DNA of 47,860 nucleotides from Candidatus Parcubacteria bacterium (lineage in GTDB: Bacteria; Patescibacteriota; Patescibacteriia; Buchananbacterales; SURF-54). Below the pieces are notes generated by a model that did not search any database, was not told the DNA's origin, and saw only the letters and a program-made list of their open reading frames with translations. A program made the translations under genes and the position numbers. Location of the stretch: assembly GCA_003599635.1 (NCBI GenBank), contig QZIX01000011.1, positions 1-47,860 on the forward strand. The letters run 5' to 3'. Positions within the stretch are counted from its first letter, which is position 1; each line of letters begins with the position of its first letter. Positions 28,014 to 39,153 of this stretch are shown here, in pieces.

Positions 28014-28475
28014 TTATCTTTTAGATTTAAAAATCAGCCAGTTTTTATCTTTTAAATTGAGTAAAACATAATCACCTTTTAATTTTTTTCCCTGCAAATT
28101 GAAGGTTATTGAACGTTCGCCGATGTTAACAATTTGAAACTTTCCTTTATCAAAAATTTTTACCCTGCCGGCGCCGTATTCTCCTTTCGGTATTACTCCT
28201 TCAAAATCAATGTAATCGACGGGATGGTCTTCAACTGCCACTGCCAGGTGCCTGACGCCTGCTTTTTTCGGCACGCCTTTTGGAACAGCCCAGGATTTTA
28301 AAACAATGTCTCCCGTTACAATATCTTCCGGCAATTCAAGCCGGAAATCATAATGCAGATGAGATGCATCATGCTTTTGCACAACAAAACGCCACAAATT
28401 TTTTTTTGCCGGTTCGGGCTCTGGCTCCTTGGTTTTAGAAAAATTTCTTCTGGTTTTGTATTTTTCCAATGCCAT
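28014..28475 (-). CDS. Stand-alone LigD 3'-phosphoesterase domain protein
   Basis: Y..RRNFSKTKEP, FVVQKHDASHLHYDFRLE, SWAVPKG, VEDHP, GEYGAG. Confidence 0.92.
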   Translation of the reverse strand: MALEKYKTRRNFSKTKEPEPEPAKKNLWRFVVQKHDASHLHYDFRLELPEDIVTGDIVLKSWAVPKGVPKKAGVRHLAVAVEDHPVDYIDFEGVIPKGEYGAGRVKIFDKGKFQIVNIGERSITFNLQGKKLKGDYVLLNLKDKNWLIFKSKR

Positions 28476-28477
28476 AA

Positions 28478-28750
28478 TTACACCTGCTTCAGGTAGGCCA
28501 TATCCCCTTCTTTGACCGGCTGAGAAACTTTTAACCCGACGGCGTCGCCGGGCCTGGCCTGCTGGACCTGCTGATGCTCGACTTGTATTGAATCCACTTT
28601 CTGCTCAAATTCTTTTTCATGGCTGGTAACCACAATGGTGTCGCCGACTTTAAGTTCGCCTGAAAGTTCGATTACGGCCACGCCTATTTTGTCAAAATAA
28701 TGGGTGATACGCCCGACTTCCCGTCCTAAATCTTTTTTTTCTTCCGCCAT
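28478..28750 (-). CDS. EF-Tu domain II-like beta-barrel protein
   Basis: VGRITHYFDKIGVAVIEL, LKVGDTI, QKVDSIQ, GDAVGLKV. Confidence 0.85.
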   Translation of the reverse strand: MAEEKKDLGREVGRITHYFDKIGVAVIELSGELKVGDTIVVTSHEKEFEQKVDSIQVEHQQVQQARPGDAVGLKVSQPVKEGDMAYLKQV

Positions 28751-28854
28751 ATAGTTAATCTTTAATTAATGATTCTATATTAATTACGTTAATGTTCGAT
28801 TAATCAGCGACTGGCTACTGATTGCATTTTACCAAAATGCCGGCAATAAAAAAA

Positions 28855-28892
28855 GCCCCGAAACCGCAATGTTTCATCCGCGGTTTCGGGGT
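28855..28892 (-). terminator. Terminator after the purC remnant
   Basis: GCCCCGAAACCGC/GCGGTTTCGGGGT with minus-strand T run. Confidence 0.7.
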
Positions 28893-28917
28893 ATTATATC
28901 GTTGTTGATCATGCCGC

Positions 28918-29661
28918 CTAAGAAAGATTGATTGTACTCCATTTCTCGGCGAATCTTTTATAACGCTGCGCGCCCTTCGAAAGTACAGCATCGGAAAAAT
29001 CAGGATAAAAAGGAACTTTTTTGCCGGCGGCGCGGGCTTCGTCAACTATTTTTTTGTAGCCCATGTCGATGAGAGCCTGCCGGAAAAATTCCTTTCCTTG
29101 GTGTTCGATCCTTCCCTCTTTTTCCAATGCCTCTAAATCGAAATAGCGATCCTCATCCTGCGTGTGCCAGACATCAACTAACATTGGTGTGCGTTGAGGG
29201 CCGACAAGAGCTATCTCTTTTTTACCGTCACAGTAAGCGTAACCGAGCTACCTCGCCAGCGCCGCTGCAGCTCCATCAAGTCGGTTGATTATCGCCCAAA
29301 TTCTCGCTTCTATTACAGGTGTAATACCGCACAGCCGCAAAGCTTCCTCGTGACTCAGTTCACGATCGCTCTCCTCAAATTTGGTCGTTGCGTGGTTAAC
29401 TGGCCACGGGAGGACTGTTCCTTCGGGAGGAACCTGTTTTGTTGGATCAAAACCGTAATCCTCAAGCTTCTTTTTGCCTGACTTCAGATCGCGAAGGAGA
29501 CTACCCGACAGCAAGTAACGTGTTATCCACTCTATCGGCAGAATGCAATTCGTGTCTTTTTCCGTCAATGGCCTGTCGAGGATAACGTCAAATTCGCGTA
29601 CGAGTATCTTGGTCTCGCTTATTTGCCTTATAAAGGCAGTGGGGATCCCAAGCCATTGTGC
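28918..29661 (-). pseudogene. purC: SAICAR synthetase pseudogene (5'-truncated, in-frame TAG)
   Basis: One frame: GIPTAFI...PIEWITRY..GSL...TTKFEESDR...AR*LG...DGKKE...DEDRY...KEFFRQ; TAG at 29248-29250; N-terminus absent. Confidence 0.88.
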
Positions 29662-29962
29662 CTACTATTCTGTGCCAACCCAGCATATATTCCATTATTA
29701 TAAACCAACGGTGGCATTTTACCTGAAATTCATGTTTGTGAAATTTCTGGTAAAGGAAGGAAATAATAGCGTAGGTTGTCCAGGACGAATTGAAAATGAT
29801 ATAAATTTCCACTATCTTTTCGGGGAGCATCAGCACAAAAGGCAGGATGCCGATGGTTATGTAGAAACAAATCTGAATTTCCTTTCGCCAGCTTTTTTCT
29901 GCCTTCATCAGAAAATACGACAAAACGAATACCGTAAAGAGTAGTGTTAAAAAAGCAGACAT
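29588..29962 (-). CDS. Hypothetical membrane protein running out of frame into the purC remnant
   Basis: SD AAGGAGG before ATG 29962; hydrophobic helices; TTGACC-17-TAAGAT promoter upstream. Confidence 0.55.
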   Translation of the reverse strand: MSAFLTLLFTVFVLSYFLMKAEKSWRKEIQICFYITIGILPFVLMLPEKIVEIYIIFNSSWTTYAIISFLYQKFHKHEFQVKCHRWFIIMEYMLGWHRIVGTMAWDPHCLYKANKRDQDTRTRI

Positions 29963-30151
29963 AAATTTCCTCCTTGGTTGATTGTCAATATGCAATGTTT
30001 TAGTCCGATACAAAGAAAAACCCTTTTTATTGTGGTGTTATCTTAATAAAAATAATGGTAGAGGTCAAGGAGTTAATACTAAAAAATAAGTATTAAAAAA
30101 GGCGGGCCTGCTTTTTGTAGTGCCCGCCTTTGAATATTTTGTTTTCCCTCT

Positions 30152-30306
30152 TTAGTGGCCAAAAAATCCACGCGCTACTTTGTCCGGCAGCTGATATAAT
30201 ATTACGTCTGCTGCTTTACAGAAAACCTGAACTTTGGTGTCGTTGACCGATCCCGAGGTGGAAAAAATCGCGCGCACGCCTGCGGCAATCAACGCGTTTT
30301 TTCCAT
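30152..30306 (-). pseudogene. purH: PurH remnant (C-terminal ~47 codons only)
   Basis: ALIAAGVRAIFSTSGSVNDTKV...PDKVARGFFGH* resembles the AICAR transformylase C-terminus; an out-of-frame ATG is directly upstream. Confidence 0.7.
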
Positions 30307-30325
30307 CTGTGTTTTCTTCTTTCGA

Positions 30326-31764
30326 TTAAGCCGCCATACTTAATGCCATTTCTGCTATTTCCTCTGCTTTTTCTGCTGCAAACCCGGTATAATTTTCAGG
30401 ATTATGAAGTAATTCCATAACCTCTTTAGGCATATTCCTCAATGCCTCTGCTAATTCGTCATTATGCATGGCCAATTCCTTACAAATTTCTATTAACATC
30501 CTCTTCTCTGCGGTTGCTCTTGTAACCAGCTGGTGATTAACCAAATTATGCGCATCATTCTCATAACCCGCCATTTGCAAAGCAATATACAGGGGCTCTG
30601 CTAATATCAGGTGGGCACTTTTCTCAAAGTTCTGCCGGCAGGCTTCTTTATTCACATTAAGTCTGCTGATAAAGGTCTGCTTACTTTCTTGGTCTTTTGC
30701 TAAAAGTTTATTCAGTTGCGATTGTAAGCATACAAGAATTACTGGAAAATCGCGTGCAGGACCACTGCCGACCAGGTCACGCTGATGTTCACTGATCAAT
30801 GTGTCTAGCACTTTTCCAAACTCATTTTTAGACCTTACGAAGAAACCTTCCAAGGATTCAAAAGAAATGGGATTCCTTTTTTGAGCCATGGTTGATGAGC
30901 CATCTTGCGTTTTGCCAAATGGTTCGGAAAATTCCGCAATTTCAGTCCGCATCAAATGCCGAGCATCCCTACCTAATTGTGCAAAGGACGCTGACATCAT
31001 AACGCACGAATGCAAAAAATATGCCAAGGGCTCAGGTGGAAGTATCTGCGTACTTATAGGAGACGGCGATAAGTCAAGCTTTTCCAAAACCCTTCTTTCA
31101 AAAGACTTATCGCCGCATTTCTTGGCAATACCTAGCCCCAACTGTGCATTGTATGCCCCGACGGCGCCTGAAATTTTCCCAACCAATTCCTGTGAGCAGC
31201 TTTCCATTTTTCTTGCATTGTAAATAACACGATACAATATTGTCGCCAGCCAAAAACCGACTGTAATCGGCAGGGCATGTTGACCATGAGTCCTGCCAAT
31301 CTGAAGGACTTTTGAAAAACGCTTAACAAGATGTGCCAGCTCCACAATAGCTTCGTTAATTGAAGGTTTTAAGACGTTGTTATATGCCCACAGGTATTGT
31401 AAAATGCGACCGGTATCCAACGGGTCGTAGCTAGTCAACAATACGTGTATCCATTTGCCGATCTTCTTGTCAACGATTTTTTGTGCCTCCTTCACCCACG
31501 CCCTGACGTCATGATGAGTAATTTCTTTTTCTGTTTTATCGACTTTTGTGGTGGCTATGTTTAGAAGCAAAGCGATAAGTTCATCTGTTAACAACATGAT
31601 CTCGGTTTTCGGAATTATACCTATGTCGGCTAATACCTGTAGGTTTGCAATTTCAACTTTGGCAAAGAACCGATACAAATTGTCGTAGCCAAAATATGGT
31701 ATTAGCTGCTTTGGTTGATATCGCAAATTTCCCGGCAAATACAAATTCAGTTCTTTTTTTCCAT
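30326..31764 (-). CDS. purB: Adenylosuccinate lyase; SD-linked ATG is out of frame at an A7 run
   Basis: HHDVRA, TSYD, GRTHGQHALPIT.G, KISGAVG, SSTMAQKRNP, EHQRDL; ATG 31764 needs a -1 shift, alternative in-frame TTG at 31744. Confidence 0.9.
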
Positions 31765-31953
31765 TATCCCTTCTCCTTAATTTGTTTTATGCAATTGTCA
31801 AAGCAGCGAAAAAACACTTTTCGCACAGGAAAAGTGCCCTCCATATACGCATTTTGCGCGGGTTTATCTTAATAAAAAACATCCTTTCAGTCAAGGATTT
31901 TTTTATGCTGGCGGACTGCCGTCAGTACGTCGTTTAGCAAGACGTAAGCTGAT

Positions 31954-33438
31954 TTATATTGTTTCTACTTTAATCAGATTCGTCTCGCCTATATAGCCGA
32001 AAGGATAACTGGAACAGATCACAATATTTTCACCTTTTTTGGCCAATTTTTCCTGCACGACTATTTTTCTGATGCTTTTTATCAGGTCATTTATTGAATG
32101 AGAATATGGAATCAAATACGGTTTTACTCCCCAGCTTAAATTCAGCTGGTGCCAGGTTTTTTCAAAAGGGGTTACCGCCAAAAGCTTGACTGCGGGTTTA
32201 TAGCGGGAAATCGCCCTGGCTGTAAAACCGGAAGTCGTGGAACAGACGATAACTTTGGCGCTGATGTCTTTGGCAATATTTTTCACGGCAAAACCGACAG
32301 ATTCTGTCACCGAACTATCCTTTTCAACGCTGTGATTTTTGTTATTTTCCATTTTTGTGGATTCCACTTCCAAAGCCACCTTCTTCATTACATGAACCGC
32401 ATTAAGCGGATATTTGCCGGTAGCGGTTTCACCTGAAAGCATAATCGCGTCCGTGCCGTCCAGTATGGCGTTGGCTATGTCTGAAACTTCGGCCCGCGTG
32501 GGAATCGGGCTATTGGTCATGGAATCAAGCATCTGTGTCGCCACAATTACCGGTTTTCCCGCTTCATTGCATAATTGGATTATTTTCTTCTGAATCATCG
32601 GTACGTCTTCAAGCGGCAGTTCTATTCCCAGATCACCCCTGGCGATCATTATGCCGTCAGAGGCCTCCAGAATTTCCTTAAAATTTTTGACCGCTTCTTT
32701 TCTTTCGATTTTGGCGATAATCCTGGTATGAATACCTCCCCACTTGCCTCTTTTTTCCGGTTTTTTAAAATCCTTTTTTTGAATTTTTTTGAACTTCCTT
32801 TCCAGCTCCCAAATTTTTTTTCTTAAATTTAAAACATCGTCCGCATCCTTAACAAAAGACAAGGCGATAAAATCAACATCGTGTTTAATGCCGAAAGCGA
32901 CATCTTCAAGATCTTTTTTGGTCACAGCGGGACAGGTAATCATTGATTTGGGAAAATTCATTCCCTTGTGAGATTTAAGCAAACCGCCGTTTTTCACTTT
33001 GCATTTTATGCTCTTGTTTTTTATTTCCAAAACTTCCAGTGAAATATTGGCATCATCAATTAAAATCATTTCCCGGGGTTTAAGGTATTTGTATAGTTCG
33101 TTAAACTGAACAGGTACGAATAGTTCGGCATCTTTCAGATTTATTTTAAAATTTTCAGGGACTAAATTGACTATGGTATTATTGTTCAGCTGTATTCCTT
33201 CTTTTCCCACATCACCCACTCTGATTCTGGGGCCTTGCAAATCCTGTAAAATCGCCACCGGTGAATTCAGCTTTTTCGAAACCTCCCTGATATTTTTAAT
33301 CAGCATCTGGTGATGGGTATAGGTATTATGAGACATATTCAGCCTGGCCACGTTTAAACCTGCAAAAATCATTTTTTCCAGCGTCGTCTTTATTTCCGTT
33401 GCCGGCCCGATTGTGCAGACGATTTTAGTTTTTTTCAT
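31954..33438 (-). CDS. pyk: Pyruvate kinase
   Basis: KTKIVCTIGPA, DLQGPRIR, IIAKIE, ARGDLG, ATQMLDSM, MLSGETA. Confidence 0.98.
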   Translation of the reverse strand: MKKTKIVCTIGPATEIKTTLEKMIFAGLNVARLNMSHNTYTHHQMLIKNIREVSKKLNSPVAILQDLQGPRIRVGDVGKEGIQLNNNTIVNLVPENFKINLKDAELFVPVQFNELYKYLKPREMILIDDANISLEVLEIKNKSIKCKVKNGGLLKSHKGMNFPKSMITCPAVTKKDLEDVAFGIKHDVDFIALSFVKDADDVLNLRKKIWELERKFKKIQKKDFKKPEKRGKWGGIHTRIIAKIERKEAVKNFKEILEASDGIMIARGDLGIELPLEDVPMIQKKIIQLCNEAGKPVIVATQMLDSMTNSPIPTRAEVSDIANAILDGTDAIMLSGETATGKYPLNAVHVMKKVALEVESTKMENNKNHSVEKDSSVTESVGFAVKNIAKDISAKVIVCSTTSGFTARAISRYKPAVKLLAVTPFEKTWHQLNLSWGVKPYLIPYSHSINDLIKSIRKIVVQEKLAKKGENIVICSSYPFGYIGETNLIKVETI

Positions 33439-33472
33439 TATAATAGTTTTTGATTAAATTATGTGGCTTTTG

Positions 33473-33766
33473 TTACAAGTTTATCTTTTGCGCCCATTTA
33501 TTTATCAAAGGAGCTTCCCACCATTCGCCGTTTAACGATTTTATTATACCGACAATCGCCAGGACAATGGCGATAACTCCCAGAATCCAGCCGATTACCG
33601 GAAACCACATGAAAATTTCAACCACAAAAAATATCAATCCCTGCTTGGCATGAAATTGAGCGAATTTTGAATTTTTTTTGGCAGCCAAAACTAAAATTGA
33701 CAAAACCCATATATAGGAAGCCGCTGCCCAGTATTTATCTTGTTGTGTCACTTTTTCATTTTCCAT
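33473..33766 (-). CDS. DUF4870-like membrane protein
   Basis: AAASYI, FAQFHAKQGL, FPVIGWI, GEWWEAPLI. Confidence 0.8.
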   Translation of the reverse strand: MENEKVTQQDKYWAAASYIWVLSILVLAAKKNSKFAQFHAKQGLIFFVVEIFMWFPVIGWILGVIAIVLAIVGIIKSLNGEWWEAPLINKWAQKINL

Positions 33767-33809
33767 AAATGTTGATTAATGATTTAAAAACTATAAAAAT
33801 TATAGCACA

Positions 33810-33839
33810 AAAAGGCGCGGGTTAAAACCCGCGCCTTTT
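33810..33839 (-). terminator. groESL terminator
   Basis: AAAAGGCGCGGGTT/AACCCGCGCCTTTT. Confidence 0.8.
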
Positions 33840-33909
33840 CTATATCACCTTTTCTGTAGCAATTGTACATTGTACATTGTAAATTGCGGCTTGGCGTTTA
33901 GAACCTGGT

Positions 33910-35574
<1,665 letters not shown>

Positions 35575-35605
35575 TTAGTTGTTTAATTATTTAATTGTTG
35601 TTTAA

Positions 35606-35881
35606 TTACTCTATAACCGCCAACACGTCCTCATCCGATAAAATTTTGTACTCTTTCTCGTCCAATTTCACTTCTTCGCCGGCATATTTGCCGAAGATAA
35701 CCGTATCGCCTTCTTTTAAATCAAGTTTTTTTATTTTTTCACCGTCGCCGATTGCCAAAATTTTGCCTTCCGCCTTTTTTTCCTTGTCCACTGTTTCAGG
35801 CAGGATTATTCCCGATTTGGTGGATTCCTCCTCGGTTAAAGTTTTTACTACCACTCTGTTTCCCAAAGGTCTTAATTTCAT
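35606..35881 (-). CDS. groS: Co-chaperonin GroES
   Basis: LRPLGNRV, TKSGIILP, FGKYAG. Confidence 0.98.
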   Translation of the reverse strand: MKLRPLGNRVVVKTLTEEESTKSGIILPETVDKEKKAEGKILAIGDGEKIKKLDLKEGDTVIFGKYAGEEVKLDEKEYKILSDEDVLAVIE

Positions 35882-35977
35882 AATTTTAATGCCTTAATTA
35901 TTAAACTCCAATCCACGAATTAAACGAATTAACGCTAAATCAGACGCGTTATCCGTTTTTAAATCGTATATCGGATA

Positions 35978-36004
35978 TTAGCACTCAAAAAGAAAGAGTG
36001 CTAA
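35978..36004. promoter_or_regulatory. CIRCE element (HrcA operator)
   Basis: Perfect TTAGCACTC-N9-GAGTGCTAA upstream of groES. Confidence 0.97.
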
Positions 36005-36183
36005 TTTTGTTGTCATAATATATCTTAGTATAGCTAAATAGCGCTTGTCAAGGGCTTTAAAAAACCGTTTATTTTAAAATATTGACAAGCTTACGATTAT
36101 TTTAAAAACGGGTAAAATTACGCTAAAAAATAATTCCTATAATGGAATAAAACAGACCTTGAAATTTTCTGGCTGGCAAAATC

Positions 36184-37533
36184 CTAAAGATTATGCGGGG
36201 CAATTTTTATATTTGTATTTTTTACAACTAAGCCGGCAATAATCCAAAACAGCATCAGCCCGAAATACTGCGTCCAAAAATAATGGTCAAAATAGCTTAT
36301 CAGGATAATGGCGATAAAACACAGGGAAAAAATCGTTCCGTAATAATCTTTGCAGCCATATTTAACCGGGTAAACAATTAAAATTATGACGAGAGCAATC
36401 AGCGACAGATAACCGATAATACCGGTTTCGGCAAAAATTAGGGCAAAAATATTATGGACCGGCTGGTAAAACCATGCTTCTTTGGTATTATCTATTTCAT
36501 TAAAAACGGCCAGCGTGTAATTGCCAAGACCGACGCCAAAAATCCAGTTATTTGAAATAATTTCTCTGGCCTGCTCTTTATAAACCTGCCTTAAAAAAAT
36601 GGAATTTTTTTCGATTCTGTTATTGGCAGAAATTCGGTTAAAAATAACCCCGTGTAAGTTCAGGGCCAAAAAACCTATGATGGCAAAATTGACGAAGATG
36701 ATTTTGACAAAACTTTCTTTCAGCCTCCAGTCTTTTTTTTGCATCAGATAAAAACTGAAAAGCAGAACGGCCAAAAACAGACCTATCCAGCCGCTGCGGC
36801 TGAAAGTAAAAAATAAGCTGGATGAGATAAAAATGTATGAAATCAAAATCAATATGTCCGTTCGCCCTTTATTTCTGGCCAAAGCCGGAATCAATAACAT
36901 CAAAAAAGCCACTGCCATATAACCGGCTAAAATATTGGGATGCGGCAGGCCGCCGTATGACCTTAGGTAACGTCCGGACAGATCGTAAGCCACGATGCTG
37001 CCAAATTCAGCCGGTATATGTTCGGCTAAACCAAGCCATTTAAAAGCAAAGGTGCTTTGAGAAAAAAACTGCCAGACCGCAAGCGCGCCCTGTAAGACCG
37101 CGCCGGCTAAAAATGAGACTAGAAATTTATGAATGTCAAATTCAAAATCAATAATTAAAAAAAACAAAGCCACCCCTTCAAGCAGTTTGACAAAGGAATA
37201 AAGCGAAATTTTTCTGTCCGTAGCAAAAAAAATGCTGACCGCCGACGATATTAACAAACCATAAACAAAAATTATTAGCAGAAGCTTTTTTTTGTCCGGT
37301 CGCCTTATGGCCGCAGATTTAATCTTTCGGATGAAAAAAAGAAAAAATAAAGGCAGAAGAATCAATTCCGTGGCATAAAGCGATGCTGAACCGTATTCCC
37401 AGAAAACTCCGTTTAAATAACCCGCCCTAAAAATAAGCCGCGTTTGCCAGGGCAGCAAAAATATAAACAGATAAAAAAGAAATTCGATAATACTGTGTAA
37501 ATTTAATTTATTTTTAAATTCGGTTAACATCAA
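36184..37533 (-). CDS. O-antigen ligase family membrane protein
   Basis: RSYGGLPHPNILAGY, TFSRSGW, GVGLGNY, PVHNIF. Confidence 0.88.
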   Translation of the reverse strand: MMLTEFKNKLNLHSIIEFLFYLFIFLLPWQTRLIFRAGYLNGVFWEYGSASLYATELILLPLFFLFFIRKIKSAAIRRPDKKKLLLIIFVYGLLISSAVSIFFATDRKISLYSFVKLLEGVALFFLIIDFEFDIHKFLVSFLAGAVLQGALAVWQFFSQSTFAFKWLGLAEHIPAEFGSIVAYDLSGRYLRSYGGLPHPNILAGYMAVAFLMLLIPALARNKGRTDILILISYIFISSSLFFTFSRSGWIGLFLAVLLFSFYLMQKKDWRLKESFVKIIFVNFAIIGFLALNLHGVIFNRISANNRIEKNSIFLRQVYKEQAREIISNNWIFGVGLGNYTLAVFNEIDNTKEAWFYQPVHNIFALIFAETGIIGYLSLIALVIILIVYPVKYGCKDYYGTIFSLCFIAIILISYFDHYFWTQYFGLMLFWIIAGLVVKNTNIKIAPHNL

Positions 37534-37550
37534 TTTTTAGATTTTATCGC

Positions 37551-38516
37551 CTAAGCTAACGCCGATAGTTTTCGTTCCCACAATTCACGGTAAATTATTC
37601 TCCTGTCATTATCATGAAATTTCAGTATAGTGTCGTTTATAAGTACATTGGTATTTTTATTTGCCATTGCCTTCAATTTTTGCGGCATGATAGCCAGCTG
37701 AGCGTAACGTATCACCGCTTCCAAAAAATCCGGCGTCAAAAAAAGCAGCGCCGTTTTTATAAAATCGCATCCAGGCCGGGCAAGACGGCGGACGGCCGTA
37801 TTGTAAGAAATAAAATTCGGTAAATAATTTTTTTTCCATAGGTTTTCAGCTAAAAATTTATTGTACGTTTCGACGCCGAAAACAGGAACCAGTTGGCTTA
37901 ACCAAAAATGAAAATATATATCCCTGTCATCCAGGGCCACTTTTTCCAAATTGAGATTTTCTTCCGAAATGAAAAAACTTAAACAAAACTTGTCCTTTGA
38001 ATTTTTCGTTTTAGGGCGTAAGTCAAGAACCTTAAGAAAAAAAACACTACAAAAGCGGGCCAGCCAGATTCTTTTTTTTTCCGTAATAATGAAAAAATCT
38101 ATGTCAGATGTATCCCGGGAATTGCTGTAGCCTAAAGTATTGCAGACGGCAACCATTTTAATATAAGGTACGAACCTTAAAAATTTCGCCAACCGCAGCG
38201 CCTTTTTAAATTTAATCTCGGCAATATTATATCTTTCAAGTCTTAACCTGATCAAATTGCTTCTTCCGGGCAAAAAATAAAACCCGTTCCGGGTTTCCAA
38301 TTTATTTTCCTCAACTAATTGATTAAGCTCCTCGATTACCCTGGCTAATTGTACATTGTAAATTGCATATTGCCCGTTCCCGCCCGTACCTTGAACCTTG
38401 TCAACCGTGCCCTGATACAGCCATTTCCATGCCTCCAGGATTGTCAGCGGATAATCAAAAATATCAAAATAAACGATTGTCTTGATTATGAAATTAGCTA
38501 ACTTTACATCTGCCAT
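37551..38516 (-). CDS. Nucleotidyltransferase-fold hypothetical protein
   Basis: YFDIFDYPLT, SDIDFFII, RIWLAR, KFCLSFF. Confidence 0.7.
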   Translation of the reverse strand: MADVKLANFIIKTIVYFDIFDYPLTILEAWKWLYQGTVDKVQGTGGNGQYAIYNVQLARVIEELNQLVEENKLETRNGFYFLPGRSNLIRLRLERYNIAEIKFKKALRLAKFLRFVPYIKMVAVCNTLGYSNSRDTSDIDFFIITEKKRIWLARFCSVFFLKVLDLRPKTKNSKDKFCLSFFISEENLNLEKVALDDRDIYFHFWLSQLVPVFGVETYNKFLAENLWKKNYLPNFISYNTAVRRLARPGCDFIKTALLFLTPDFLEAVIRYAQLAIMPQKLKAMANKNTNVLINDTILKFHDNDRRIIYRELWERKLSALA

Positions 38517-38574
38517 AAAAGTCCTAAAATATAATTATTTCCGAAAACCAAAGACTTAAAGGAGGAAGAGGGAC

Positions 38575-38802
38575 ATGTTCCTTAAAATCTACCGTAACTT
38601 AAAAAGCGTAAAGTATAGCAATTGGTATCTTGCATTCGCCGGTTTGTCCTTTCTGTCTCAAATTTTGATACTCATTATTGGCGCTTTTGTCAATTGGGAT
38701 CTATGCCGTCTGCTTAAATGTCTGCTTCTGTTTTGTCCATATACCATAGCCGCTCCCCTCGCCATGGGATTCCGTATTAAACTATTTTATAGAGAAGATT
38801 GA
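38575..38802 (+). CDS. Small membrane protein
   Basis: SD AAGGAGG; two hydrophobic segments. Confidence 0.55.
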   Translation: MFLKIYRNLKSVKYSNWYLAFAGLSFLSQILILIIGAFVNWDLCRLLKCLLLFCPYTIAAPLAMGFRIKLFYRED

Positions 38803-38818
38803 CCGAGGAGGTCACAAA

Positions 38819-39127
38819 ATGGAACCAAAGTTATCTCTGCTGAAAATAATTTTTACCATAACGGCTAAATTCATTTTGTTTTTGATTGCAAGCATGATCC
38901 TCATCTATTTCGCTGTCATTTGCCTTGTTATTGAATTTCTCGATAATATTTTCGAATATGACAGCGGAATTTCTTTCACTAATGGCGACTGGATACCGAC
39001 CGAAAACTGTCTTATTAGAGAATTAGTTCTAAATACGATTTTTATAGGGGTGATATTATTAATCCTTTGCCTCGCAGTAAATGAAATATATATTTACTGT
39101 GCAATTCTTTGTAACATTTGCCGCTGA
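38819..39127 (+). CDS. Small membrane protein
   Basis: SD GAGGAGG; two hydrophobic segments. Confidence 0.55.
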   Translation: MEPKLSLLKIIFTITAKFILFLIASMILIYFAVICLVIEFLDNIFEYDSGISFTNGDWIPTENCLIRELVLNTIFIGVILLILCLAVNEIYIYCAILCNICR

Positions 39128-39153
39128 AATTCAGGACTCATCAGAGTCCTTTT

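Noticed and set aside
20116-29250. Genome-wide TAG reassignment suggested by ambers in the 20116 ORF, XRE and purC
   Set aside because: Intact genes such as the SBP, groEL and groES end in TAG, and purC and XRE carry other lesions
29194-29944. Plus-strand ORFs
   Set aside because: Antisense shadows of the purC remnant and the membrane gene
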